From Epithemia pelagica (lineage: Eukaryota > Protista > Bacillariophyta): DNA of 64,000 nt. The stretch covers positions 2,356,001 to 2,420,000 of the forward strand of contig OX337236.1 in NCBI GenBank assembly GCA_946965045.2, written 5' to 3'. The notes under the pieces were generated by a model. The model saw only the letters and a list, made by a program, of their open reading frames with translations. It made no database searches and was not told where the DNA came from. The position numbers and the translations under genes were made by a program. Shown one piece after another: positions 48,256 through 59,616 of this stretch; position 1 is the stretch's first letter; each line of letters begins with the position of its first letter.

Positions 48256-49105
48256 CTATTGTTTTGGGTCACATTTGCCAAGAATTTCAAATCCAATGTG
48301 GGGGTTAGTTCCTTGTGTACGTAGGATGCAAGAAGGTGGTTGGACTGTTTGGAGTGGTGGTGGTGGTTTCAGTCGTAGGTGTATTGGTGAAGGAACCCAT
48401 GAGAGACGACAACAAGCTGGTGGAAGACACAGACAATCAGAGATTGTGCTATTTGTGCAAGGCACTGCAGTGGTAGAGGATGTCAGTCGTTGTCCGGCGG
48501 CGGCTCTCCGTTGAGCTCGGATGGCAAGACGACTTATAACCATGCAAAAGTCTACGTTCACTAGATTAAAATAAACACAATCAAGTTCAGATTCTTACGA
48601 ACAATTCAAATTACACGAAGGCTAAACCTGTCTCTTGAGGCCAATTGCACATTCCATTATGGCAGGCTGTCTTGAAAGTCTTCCGACCATTCGTAGACAT
48701 TTTGAGAGTGATCACCATCGGGTTCATAGTCATTTGGGTGTTGAGAGACCAGTGGGTTGAAATAACAATCTTACCCTTGGTAACAGATCCACCCTTGGAG
48801 CAGATTTTCTTGTCGTATGCCTGATTTATGTAGAAAAAGGGAACGACAAGGTCAGGCAAGGTATGCTGATCTGTTTTCTCTCGACCAAAAGCACGGATTG
48901 AGAGAATGTTGTCTGGTGCAGAACGCTGTACCAAGAGCATACCACGATCAACAATCAGACGCCCATCATCATCGCCTGGTCTTGAAGGAATGTCGTCTTT
49001 CACATAGACATTCACGTCCGGTTCGGCAAACAGAGTGGAGCTCTCGCCTGGTCGGAGTTCTTGTCCCTGTTCAGGAATGATATAAAAACCATTTGGCAAC
49101 TGCAT
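48256..49105 (-). CDS. Putative cargo gene of unknown function, probably spliced and degraded
   Basis: 164-aa protein-like ORF 48611-49105. A possible GT..AG intron would join it to ORF 48256-48561 (WPQET-D-FCMVISRL). An upstream GTAAGT donor lies near 49195. Confidence 0.35.
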
Positions 49106-49483
49106 TATTCTTTTCTATATCCAAAGCTGCAGTATATTGTGCGTGAGAGAGAGGAATGGAAATGCGATTCTATTCTTGATCTCAACACGTTGACTTACCT
49201 CTTCTTTTGTGACCTCTCAATCGTCGCAAAAGATGAGGTGGGAAGCGTTTCGAGTCTTGTCGAGTTTGACGAACACGTCCCACATCCTACGCCTGCAGGC
49301 CAGCAATTCTTGGCGCCAGTTGGCGGACTGTTGTCTGTTCAACTAGGTATTCTGTAGCTTTGTATGAGTGACTCGTGAATTGTGAAGCTCTTCATGTGAG
49401 TGATGAACGTTTGCCATGTTCTCACAAAAGGAAGCACAGCAGAAAACGGCACGCCTTTGTCCATTCTATCAGAATCATCCATC

Positions 49484-50128
49484 ATGTCTGAATTTGTTGG
49501 AGGCCGTCGCCTCAGTGTCCGTAACAAGAACCGAGTGAACACCAAGGAGGTTACCAACAAGAAGAAGGACATAGTGGTTGGTAAGAATAAGGTTGTGGAC
49601 TCTTCTCCGATTGCAGCTTGTGCCAGTGCTCCGATTGCAGCTGCTGGTGGTGCTATGAATCAGGCCGCAGAGAAGAAGCGGACCAAGAAGGGTAGAGCAA
49701 TGCCTGCAGCCAAAGAAGTCATTGATTTAATGACTCCACCGCCAAAGAAAACCAGCGCATGTGGATCCAAGAAGACTGCTACTTCCAACAACTCTTCCCC
49801 CCACACAAACAACATCAAGCTGGATCTTGCTCAAGAAATCACGGAAGGCATTGCTGTGATTGATTTAACTGATGATATCAGTTCTCCTGCGCTGATTGAT
49901 TTAACTGGTGATGACGTCCAGGAGACCAACAACAAGAAGCATGCTGGTGGTGGTCAGGATAATGTTAATGCATCTGTGGAGAAGGCTGTTTCGTTTGCCC
50001 AGAAGCATATCAAGATCGAAACGAATGACAGTTTGGATTCTGGTGAAAGCAGTGTGGCTTCCATGGAGAGTGACCTTTCATTTCAGTTTGCCGAAACTCA
50101 GGACCGAATGCTGTCTAGTCCTTTCTGA
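49484..50128 (+). CDS. Cargo ORF: basic, disordered protein with three SUMO-interacting motifs
   Basis: EVIDLMT, AVIDLTDD and ALIDLTGDD match the V/I-I-D-L-T SIM class. Lys-rich NLS-like stretches. Confidence 0.6.
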   Translation: MSEFVGGRRLSVRNKNRVNTKEVTNKKKDIVVGKNKVVDSSPIAACASAPIAAAGGAMNQAAEKKRTKKGRAMPAAKEVIDLMTPPPKKTSACGSKKTATSNNSSPHTNNIKLDLAQEITEGIAVIDLTDDISSPALIDLTGDDVQETNNKKHAGGGQDNVNASVEKAVSFAQKHIKIETNDSLDSGESSVASMESDLSFQFAETQDRMLSSPF

Positions 50129-50839
50129 AACAAAAACTCTGGTATGTCAATGCACGAGCAAGCCATGGTAAAATGGCAAACTAGGTAGCTAAGCTTAGAT
50201 ATGAGTCAGAACGTTTTTATGGGTCACCAGGTCCCCTTTGTGGATATTTCTATAGTGCCGACTTGGGTTGGTGGACACGACGATGATCCAATGTCATCCG
50301 GAGAATAGCCATCTGTGCACAGGCAAGTGAAACAGTGTGTTAGACGTTATGGTACAGTATGTACATGGTCAATGGTAGGCAGGCCAACAATCCCCGATTG
50401 GATGTTCCCACGAAGAAACATAGATGTGAGGAGCCATCATCATCCAAATGTGCGCCCGTCCTGGGACTGGGACCACAAAACACCCCCCAACAAGACCAAA
50501 ATCCCCCAGGTTCTACATTTTCAACCACAGTCAGTCACACACAACCTGACAGGCTTGGCACCGTTGGAATCAAATTTTGAAGAGAAATCTCGTTCCCTCG
50601 TCGTCCAACATGATAGGATGACAATGACATTCGGAGGCAGCAACTGCAGGTGCACCTTGTTGTCACGGATAAAGGCATCGGAGATGCTGATTGTTGTTTG
50701 GGGGTCAGCACAATGATGGATTCACGCCTCCCACATGGAATCAACCCGTCCATCCCATGCCAAACATGTGTATGTGTGATGACCCAGCATAAACCCGAAC
50801 GTGACCGAGATGGCGCCAAACGTGATGGTGGGATGACGG

Positions 50840-53800
50840 GTGACAGACCAAAATGCAGAAGATACCATGGTGGACAATGTCATGTTAGAGAGCGTTCAAA
50901 AGGCTGTGGAGATATCACGCCTTGTCCCCGGCACAAGTCTGTCGGGAGAAGATGCCATGACAATGGTTGGCATCAGTGCAGAGCAGTTGCAAGGATCAAA
51001 AACCTTGTTCGCAGCACTTCAAGAGGCTTCATCTCTTAAAGATGGAGAGCCAGACTATTCAACTGACTCAGATTCCATGCAGTACAGAGCAACAACTCTG
51101 TTCAAGTTTGCAACATTCAACCCGGGTAACAAGTTCCATCCTCAACAGAAGACTCTTGCAGAAATGATGCAACTTGCTGGGTATCCCCATCCAGACACAA
51201 AGGGTGGCTCTACTGTCTACAAGCGCTGCCAACGACAGCTACAAAATGAAGGATTCATCCCCAAACCCATTCGACGCAACAAAAATAATACTCGACACTG
51301 TCACCACCGCAACCAGAATGGCGAGGGATATCAACATAGCAACCAGGACAGCCACAGATCCAATGATCCTGTCAACATGCTCATTAATGTTGATGCGGAG
51401 GAGTGGGGTGATGAGCAGGTTCTAGCATCACCACTCACACAAACTGCATGTGGCAACTCAACAACAACAGAAAATACAACGGAATCAAGCAGCAATCGTG
51501 ACATACCACGCATTCGTCTCCTCAACAAAGACAATGGGTCAGTTTTGTCAGCCATTAGTTCGGCATACAACAGCACTGCCCATCGCAAGACATCCCAGCA
51601 AGCACACGCACAAGTCCGTGCGAAAAAGGAATTGGATGATCTGCGGAAAGTTGCTCACAAGGTTGGGACGGTGCTTCTCAACTGTTCCAAGAATGGGGAG
51701 ATTCCGCTGGAGAGGACTTTCACGAAAGATCACTGCGCTGAAAAGGTCAGTGACATCTTTGGTGTGAGGTTTCCCAACGGCGAGACTATGCAGCTTGTTT
51801 CGGGACGATCCCTTGAGAGTGCAGTGCAACAAGGGCAGGTTGGTGTCTCGCCAGCAAGGAGAGGACGAAGAAGTGTGATCCCAGAGAAAGAGTACAATGA
51901 TATTGCTACTCTTCTGCATACATGCTTGGCATTGGAGCAAGCAAATGTGGACATTCGTCTCAGCAGGTCAGAATGCATTTCGTTAGTTGGTGCCGTTGTA
52001 AATAGCAAGTACGACCTTGATGACACTGTATTCTACCGGCGGATCACGCAGGACAATGCACGCATGAACGACGTTGGAGCACGTGACCAACGAGATGCAC
52101 GACGTGTTCGTTGGCTGACCTACCAAGCCCAGGAACAGCACTATAAGAATTGGGAGCACTTTGTGGTAGATAACGGCTTTGCCAAATGGCCTATGAATGA
52201 TCAAGAACGCAAAGCGCATGGAAATGTGATCTTCCATGACACATCCAAAATTTTGCAGCTGGATGAGATGGCGTTCACCCTCAATGGTGAGGACGAACAT
52301 GCAGGTGGACGCCCTTCACTTGTCTACACTGTGCACTCCATTCCTGATGCTGGGGAGCCAGTGTTACGCTCCAGTCTTAAATGTACAATCCTTGCGGGTG
52401 TGACATTTGCAGACGAGGCAATTCCACCACTCATAATATTCCCGACATCAGCAAAAGACAAGGTGAAGGTGAACCCAGCTATGCTTCAAGGGTTCCAGCA
52501 GATTTGCGGACAATGGGGGTTCAATCGCACGCAAAACTTTGTTGATGCAACAATTGCATACACACCAAAAGGTGGCATGACAAGTGAACTGTGGGCCAAA
52601 TGGAGCTTAGAGGTATTGGTAAAGATCTTCCCCGATGCGAGTCCTGCCAATCCCTATCTGGTTAAGCTCGACAGTGGGACTGGGCGTGGAAGCTTCGGAG
52701 CAGCCAGCGCTTCTTTACTGCACGAGCAAGGGATATGGGGTTCTTTTTTTACCCCGGGCTTCCAAATGGAACTGAGATTGGTCAAGAGATGGACCAGATC
52801 TTTGGTCCAATGAAAAAGGTTCTGTACGAGAACCGTGATCTTTTGTACAAGGAGCGTCTTCTTATCGAGGGGGCTGGGAAAGCGACGCTCTCCCTCGATG
52901 ATATTGGCTACATCCTTTTTGGTGGTGATGTACCATTGCCAAATGGTCAGCTGATCCACCTAAAGGCCGCTTTCACCATGGGCCTTCGTCCAGAAAACAT
53001 CCGAAGCGCCCGTGAAAAGTGTGGCTACTGCCCGGCGACTTGCAATGCTCTCAAGAGTGACAGGCTTCGTCATGAGATTGTTGAGACGGAAGGTACTGAA
53101 GTTGAGAGCGGTGATCCCTACAGCTCTCTCATCTCAATGATGGAGCAGGACAATCACCATGCAGCCGAAGCCTTGATTTCAGCCGGCTGTTCCGAGACGG
53201 CTGTGAATTCCTTGCGTCGGGATGCACCTCGCATCACTGAAGCACAGGTGTCTGGGCGCAATGCAGTTTCAACGATGCAAAATACAAGAGAGCGCCAGGA
53301 CCTTCTTGGCACTGTGAAGACAGCTGGGCAGTTCTTTCGGTATACCATGGGTGGGGATGCATTGAACTGCACCGATATGCTCCTCGCCTATGCACGGGCC
53401 AACATGGAGGAAGAGCATAAGTCGATGCTGAAACGGAAAGAACTTGCCAGTAAGTTCCAACCAATCAAAGAAAAATTTGATGCACTGATTGCATCGGGTC
53501 GTCCTATTCAATCAAACCCCGACTTGCGCATTTTTATTCGGTACAAGCAAGGGCTCAAGTCACCGAGAGGAGAGGCCCTTGGCAATATGACCAACTCTCG
53601 ATTGAAAGAGCTTTATGAAAAATACAAGAACATGGCCGTTCCCTCGAATGTAGTTTAGACGAAACGTGACGAGCAAAAGCTCTCACAACTTGAGTCTGGC
53701 CAGATCAACTCATATTCAGAGTCTGCCTTGTATAGCCGTGCTGTCCAAGCAAACGATGCATTCTTGGTTGGCCAACTCCAAAAGCAATCAACTGAAAGGA

Positions 53801-54672
53801 TGGAACATATTCTCTCGACAGTCTTTGGCTCTATTCCAGAGCAAGAGCTTCGTCGAATTCATTCGTTTTTGGGCACAATCCTTGGGATTGACGGTGCAGC
53901 AGTGACAGGGAGGCCATTCGGCAACCTGGATCATCCATCTGCTGATGATCATGATGATGCTGGAGGCTTGGATTCTGCTGGCACCCTGAATGACGGCACT
54001 GCTGCTGAGGAGGAGGATGTCTTGGATGCTGCTGGTGGTAGCCTGGTGGACAATGGCACTGCTGCTGAAGAGGATGATGTCTTGGACTCTGCTGGTGGTA
54101 GCCTGGTAGACGATGGCACTACTGCTGAAGAGGATGATGTCTTGGACTCTGCTGGTGGTAGCCTGGTGGACGATGGCACTGCTGCTGAGGAGGAGGATGT
54201 CTTGAACTTCTTGGATACCACCGCTGATGCTGGTGGTGACTTGAACTTCTTGGACACCACCACCGATGATGGTAGCCTCGATGCTGCTGCAGAAGATGCA
54301 GGAGGCGTAGACTTCGACTCCACCAGCACTGATGATGGTGGTCTGGACGAGCATCACTCTGTCACTGATGACGACAACAATACACAAGAACACAATGAGA
54401 GTACCAGCCCCACCAACAGAGCATGCGCCACTGACCATGTTGATCGGCTTGACCATAGATGCACAAATAATTGTGACGAGAACGGGGAGGACTGCATGGG
54501 TGAAATGGAATCTGCCGAGAGCAATCAACAGTGGGATTTTGTCCAACCCAAACACCCAGCTACGTTGGGTGTTGATGGCAAGTACAAGCGCCCGCGAGGT
54601 GGTGCTCCCAAGGGATGTGTTTGGGACAACGATTCTGGTTTGTGGAAGAAAAATGTTGAAAACCACATGTAA
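50840..54672 (+). pseudogene. Pogo-like DDE transposase (~1,270 codons) with one frameshift (~52685-52710) and one in-frame TAG (53656-53658)
   Basis: ILQLDEMAF, CTILAGVTFADEAIPPLIIFP, PKGGMTSELWAKW, KLDSG, YPGLPNGT..QEMDQIFGPMK. ORFs 52735-53658 and 53728-54672 share a frame across the TAG (VV*TKRDEQKLSQLESG). Confidence 0.85.
53992..54270 (+). repeat. Coding tandem repeat: ~3.5 x 60 bp (DDGTAAEEEDVLDSAGGSLV) then 2 x ~39 bp
   Basis: The 60-bp periodicity is directly visible in lines 54001-54200. Confidence 0.95.
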
Positions 54673-55011
54673 CCAATTGTCCTCGGATGTCGAGACTCAT
54701 CTTTCCCAGCAGCACTGCATATCTACATATTCTAGTATTCGTCGACTCCCTAAGCAATATAAAAGCCTCTGATTATTTGAATAACACTAATCAATGAGTT
54801 ATTATAACAGACTCTCTCTCTCTTGTTGCGCGTCCGCGCATGTCGATTCTGTACCAGCGTCTGCGGCTCCGGTTCATCCAAGCGAGCGTCAAACGCACCG
54901 TGCCATTTCTGGATTCCTGGTGTTCTCCAGAACACCCCACGACAGAGGGAATTGTACTGTCATTTGTGAACCAAATCCACGGTCCTCCTGGGGTTTGTGT
55001 GTCTGCGGTGA

Positions 55012-55223
55012 TCCATCTACATGAAAACGTGTTGTATCCATTCCAATCATGTCTTTTGTCGTTTGGCACCCATTGCTTTGTTGTTGTTTCCACAAGCAGA
55101 GGTTGTCATGCTCCATCTACATGAAAACGTGTTGTATCCATTCCAATCATGTCTTTTGTCGTTTGGCACCCATGGCTTCGTTGTTTTGCTTCGTTGTTGT
55201 TTCCACAAGCAGAGGTTGTCATG
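55012..55223. repeat. Tandem duplication, 2 x ~100 bp
   Basis: TCCATCTACATGAAAACGTG...GGTTGTCATG starts at 55012 and 55112. The second copy has a ~12-nt insertion. Confidence 0.9.
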
Positions 55224-55286
55224 GAGTCGAGCGACACGGTATCCTGGTGCGTTTTTTTTGTGGGAATTGGCACTTGTCGTGCATTC

Positions 55287-55956
55287 CTATGTGGTGTGTT
55301 TGGTGATGCCTCCTGTCAGTGAGTTCTCGTCCCGACAACTACTGCTACTAGTAGTACGAGGACGCCGACAGGCACACAAGAGGGCCGGGAGGGGTCGGAC
55401 CAAACTGTACACGGTATCGAGTTGGGGGGAACACACGGCCGCCCATTGTAAATTGTACAAGCCCGTCACAGGATCGTGACATTCCAAGGCTCGAGGATAG
55501 GCGGCAATCAGGGGTGCAATACTGGCATGCCAACCCAGGCATGGGTCAAGGGCAATCGACCATCCTTGGCATCTACCATCAAGGCACTCCGAGGACTCCG
55601 TTCCAACAAGAGTTGAACGACCAATTCTTGGACGCAAGTACTGATGGTCGAACTGGACGGCGGCTCGTCTTGGTCGTTTTCGTCGTCGTCATTCTCTTGT
55701 TGTTGGCGTGACGATAAGGATTCCATTCCAACAAGAGTTGAACGACCGATTCTTGGACGCAAGTACTGATGGTCGAACTGGGCGGCGGCTCGTCTTGGTC
55801 GTTTTCGTCGTCGTCATTCTCTTGTTGGTGGCGTGACGAAACCATGCGTTCCAAAAAGGCCGAATGCTGCTGTTGAAGATGTGCTCTCTGTCGAGCCTCT
55901 TGGCGAATCAACTTGTCCACCACCATGACCAAGATTCGACACGAGACCAGCAGCAA
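55287..55956 (-). pseudogene. Captured fragment of a diatom-type ankyrin-like repeat gene, with an internal 2 x 125-bp duplication (55601-55839)
   Basis: Stitched frames read VVQLLLERSP...DGRLPLTHAW-LGWHASIAPLIAAYPRALECHDPVTGLYNLQWAA...LDTVYSLVRPLPALL. The 125-bp duplication breaks the frame. Confidence 0.6.
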
Positions 55957-56735
55957 TAGCCAATCTCTCGCCTTGTATCGTCACTGCTCAATGTCTTGGA
56001 TCGATTCCTCGTTCTCACATCAAAACTTGTGGATCATGAGAAAAACACACTTCCACATGGTGATGTCAATTCCTTTCTTCTATCTACGGCGGTGGAGGTG
56101 TCGCTCTCTTTCCTTGGACGGTATCTTGGTGCTGCTTGAATTCCAAAGAACGAAAAAACTTTTTTTTTAAAAAGAAACCTAAATTTTCCGTGTCATTTGA
56201 TGAAAATGACGCATTTTGTCATTAGGTATTAAACGTGTACTGTCTACTGTCTCTACTAGTACTCTCGTTCCGATACTGGTACTCGGTGCTGGGAAGTGAC
56301 CTCTAACTTAGACCTATCTCAAATCTCAACCTCTAGCTCAATAGCATTTCAATTCCTACTCCTACCTACTCCTCTAATCCTGTAGCTAGGAGACTATTTT
56401 AGGTATAGGTATGCATCAGCGTCCTTGGCCCTTCTTCCATCAGCCCTAACGGAGTACTCCTCTGCCAGTTGAAAGAAGCCTTTGACAAGCTCACTGTCAG
56501 GTATAATGAGAGTTAGGTAGATTGGTGATCAAGCTTAAAGAAAGCTCGCGTCAGGGCGAAACGATGCTGCCGAAAAGTTACTTTCTTAATCACATTTGGA
56601 GTCTCAATGCAGGTTATAGGGGCTCAATTTCTAGGGATGCGCCTAGCATCCAGTCCCAGGTATAAAGTGCAATGTTTTCAGTGTATAAAGGGGGAACATT
56701 CACACTCGAAGAACGTTGCATTGCTGTTTCATCAT

Positions 56736-57848
56736 TCACACTTGACCAGAGGTCTCGTGGTTGCGTTCCCCGGCAGGCGGAGAATAAAAATGTCCTTGTA
56801 AGAATTTGGTTGTGATCGACAACACTTGCTTGAGTGTTTCGTCGTAGTAAACGTCAAAATGGGTAGTATTTTCGAGCAGAGCGACTTGTGGATTCGGAAT
56901 TTGTGTCGCGGTCTTTTGTACAGCATGAAGAGGACAGAGTGTATCGTTCTGGGCAGCCACAAATAAGGCCGGTACTGTCTGAATGGACGAAGCATGATTC
57001 AGTGGTCGATAGACTAACAATCGAAGTGCCGACAGGGCCGTTGCGGCATTTCGCCAGTAACCGTCATAAAGCAGAGAGGTTGAATCCCGATAAAATTTGC
57101 TGTACCCTTCTTCATCTCCTTCGTTTTGCAAAATTGCCGGTGATCCGGGTGGTCCACAAAGGGGTAGGTACCACGGTTTCTGCATCATAAACTGCTTCAC
57201 CTCGGCCATGAGTACCTTGACAAGACCAGGCAAGCACAGAACAGGATCACGCGAGAGCATTTCCAACACAGTTCCCAAGGCCGATTGAGTATGAGGAACG
57301 TTGGCAACAACGGCTTTAATGGGGCTGTTTTCCTTCCACATTGCAGCACAATCCAGGACATGTCCACCGCCCAATGAAGTTCCCCAGAGAGCCACGCGCG
57401 TGGCATCGACTTCATTCTGTTTGTGCTCCTGTAAGTGAAGAACCACGCGCTGAATGTATTTCCAGTTGTTGGTTGGGACAATCTGATGTCGTGGAAGTCC
57501 CGAGCTCGCACCGAAGGTAGGGGAATCAAAGGTAACGACAGCCAATCCCATGTTCTGAAACGCATTGATAAATGGTTGGAGCTGAAATTCTTGGATTAAA
57601 CCCAAGCCATGGGCCATCACAACCACTGGAGGTCTGTTATCTTCCGTAGATAGTTCAGGGACGATCAACTTTCCACGGATTGTATAGTCTGGACCTGGAA
57701 CAATCAAGTTATATTTACCCTTCAGAGTACTGGAATCTTCTTGCGGTTCCATCGACTCTTCCCAACCAAAACCGGGACCATAGAGCAGAATCAGCCCTAA
57801 GGAGATGGCAATCGCTGCAGTTTTCACGGCTGCTCTCATTCTTGGCAA
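56736..57848 (-). CDS. Alpha/beta hydrolase with N-terminal signal/TM segment
   Basis: VMAHGLG, FDSPTFGASSG, nucleophile elbow WGTSLGGG, acid in AAQNDTLCP, and His in HFDVY. Confidence 0.9.
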   Translation of the reverse strand: MPRMRAAVKTAAIAISLGLILLYGPGFGWEESMEPQEDSSTLKGKYNLIVPGPDYTIRGKLIVPELSTEDNRPPVVVMAHGLGLIQEFQLQPFINAFQNMGLAVVTFDSPTFGASSGLPRHQIVPTNNWKYIQRVVLHLQEHKQNEVDATRVALWGTSLGGGHVLDCAAMWKENSPIKAVVANVPHTQSALGTVLEMLSRDPVLCLPGLVKVLMAEVKQFMMQKPWYLPLCGPPGSPAILQNEGDEEGYSKFYRDSTSLLYDGYWRNAATALSALRLLVYRPLNHASSIQTVPALFVAAQNDTLCPLHAVQKTATQIPNPQVALLENTTHFDVYYDETLKQVLSITTKFLQGHFYSPPAGERNHETSGQV

Positions 57849-58243
57849 GTATAATCAGTATTTCACTCAGAAAGAAAACCTTGAATTTAATAAAGATCAC
57901 AAGGCATGATGAATGAGGATGAATGATGATGGCAAAGTTGACAGAATCATGCTCACAAAATCGCGAGAGGATGACGTATTTTACCGCCGACGGACTGACG
58001 CACCCAGAAATGCTAAGGCTACTTTCCCAACAAAATCTGAAGAGGACGAAACTAACGCCTGTTACGGTTCCTTCTCTCATTTTGAAGGATCAATGTCTCT
58101 CATGAGAATCAAGAACGATATGTCCACGCTCGGTTGAAGGTGTTACGACAGGTCGGAAAAAGTACAAGGCGTAGGAGCATTTGTTATGACCATGTGTTAT
58201 AAGAAAACGATTTCTACAAGAAAGCTTTGATCTTGTCAGAATC

Positions 58244-59221
58244 TCAAGATGACGCCACGTTTTGTTGTTGTTGTTGTTGTTGAACCAAAGAAAGCAATTG
58301 TTGATGTTGATCCTGCTCTGATGTAGTGCTGATTGGACGTGCTTGAGCAGCATTCATTCGTGCCGTCGCACGGCGCATCAGCTCTGCCTGCCGATCTGTG
58401 TTGGTCGACCACACCAAGCGGGCATTCTCGTCTTCCTTCTCCATGGAAGAGAATAGTAACCGTTCAAAGTGACGCAAATAGTCAATCATGGCCTGTTTCC
58501 GCTCGTCCGACACGGTCTGGGACTTTTCCTTTATATCGTTGTCAGCTGTTGAGGAGCTGGTTGACTGGTTTCGGGATGATGATGGTGTTGAAGAGGCTTC
58601 TGCCATGAATAGAGCCATGGCTTCTTCGTGGAGGTCGGTGGACCATGCAAGTTGCAGACTTGTGCGTCCCAATGTCTGGGTGATGCGCTTACTGGATTTG
58701 GAAGTGGTCGATGATGATGACAACGTGGCAGAATTTCCGATTGACACTTCATTGTTCCACACTCGTTCCACCAAGGCCCGTTGTTCCGCTGGGAACTGTT
58801 GGGATGAACTTGTGTTATTCGTATCAGTGTTGTTGGTTTTGTTCTGGTTTGAATCATCCGGTTTTGAATCTTTGAACATACTTCTTCTTGTCTCGGCGTA
58901 GGATTCTGCAATGGGAAGAATGTGGCGATTGATGGCCTTGGAAAGATTACGGGTACATTGTAAGGCCAAGGGCGCATTCCATTCCACCAACACGTGATCT
59001 TCTTCTTGTTGTTGGTGCTGCAGGTCGACAATAGGCGACTGGGATCCCGCATAGTTGGATGCCACAAACCAACTGTAAAAGGACTTGAGAGCAGCATCTA
59101 ATTTGGGTTGCTCCTTGCGCAGAAACGATTCCGTCAAGACCTGTGCGTCGGTCGAGGAAGACGGTCGCGGTGGCTGCTGTATGGAAGAGGACGATGCCGG
59201 TTGTCGTTCTGTGCCACTCAT
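58244..59221 (-). CDS. Hypothetical protein
   Basis: 325-aa open frame with helical, protein-like composition. No family recognised. Confidence 0.65.
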   Translation of the reverse strand: MSGTERQPASSSSIQQPPRPSSSTDAQVLTESFLRKEQPKLDAALKSFYSWFVASNYAGSQSPIVDLQHQQQEEDHVLVEWNAPLALQCTRNLSKAINRHILPIAESYAETRRSMFKDSKPDDSNQNKTNNTDTNNTSSSQQFPAEQRALVERVWNNEVSIGNSATLSSSSTTSKSSKRITQTLGRTSLQLAWSTDLHEEAMALFMAEASSTPSSSRNQSTSSSTADNDIKEKSQTVSDERKQAMIDYLRHFERLLFSSMEKEDENARLVWSTNTDRQAELMRRATARMNAAQARPISTTSEQDQHQQLLSLVQQQQQQQNVASS

Positions 59222-59616
59222 TTTTGTTAGTGTTTGTCAGGCTTATTGATTGTCAATGGTCAAAGTGTGACGATTTCTTGTGATTTCTTCTTCCAGTCCT
59301 CGTTCAAAGTAAAAGCAAGGCAACAGGATGCGAATGAGAGAGAGAAGGGTTTGGAAGCAAAAAGATTGCAAATGAGTTTGACCGAAAAAAGCAGAAGAGT
59401 CAAAGTCACGCAATAGATGAGCGACTGAAATGGTCGCACGTCACACAAAGATCGATGGCAACACGTGGAAGCACGCCAAGGAAGATACACATCCGCTCTC
59501 GCGATCTTGACCATTGGAAGATGCTCCTGGAGTTGTCACATCAACCAACACCATATTGAGCTCCAATCGTTCACTACTTGGTAGTTTGTTGTCCTCCATA
59601 CTATACTTTATTGATT

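Larger units (their letters stand above)
47542..56237 (+). mobile_element. Giant pogo-like (Tc1/mariner superfamily) DNA transposon, ~8.7 kb, with cargo
   Basis: 24-bp TIRs matching 23/24 (CACGTTTAGTACCTAATGACAAAA at 47542-47565; reverse complement at 56214-56237). Each TIR is flanked by TA (47540-41, 56238-39). AAATGAC(A) subterminal motifs. Internal DDE_1-type transposase. Confidence 0.85.

Noticed and set aside
11529-53658. Reassigned TAA/TAG codons (ciliate-type code) or stop read-through
   Set aside because: Intact genes here end normally in TAA, TAG and TGA. Internal stops occur only in genes that also have frameshifts or are TE remnants.
53788-54666. 292-aa antisense ORF as a real gene
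   Set aside because: It is a shadow of the repetitive acidic region on the plus strand, where GAT/GAC/GCT-rich codons lack reverse stops.
55012-55839. Direct repeats as a CRISPR array
   Set aside because: Only two-copy tandem duplications of 100 and 125 bp, with no unique spacers and no cas genes, in a eukaryotic context.
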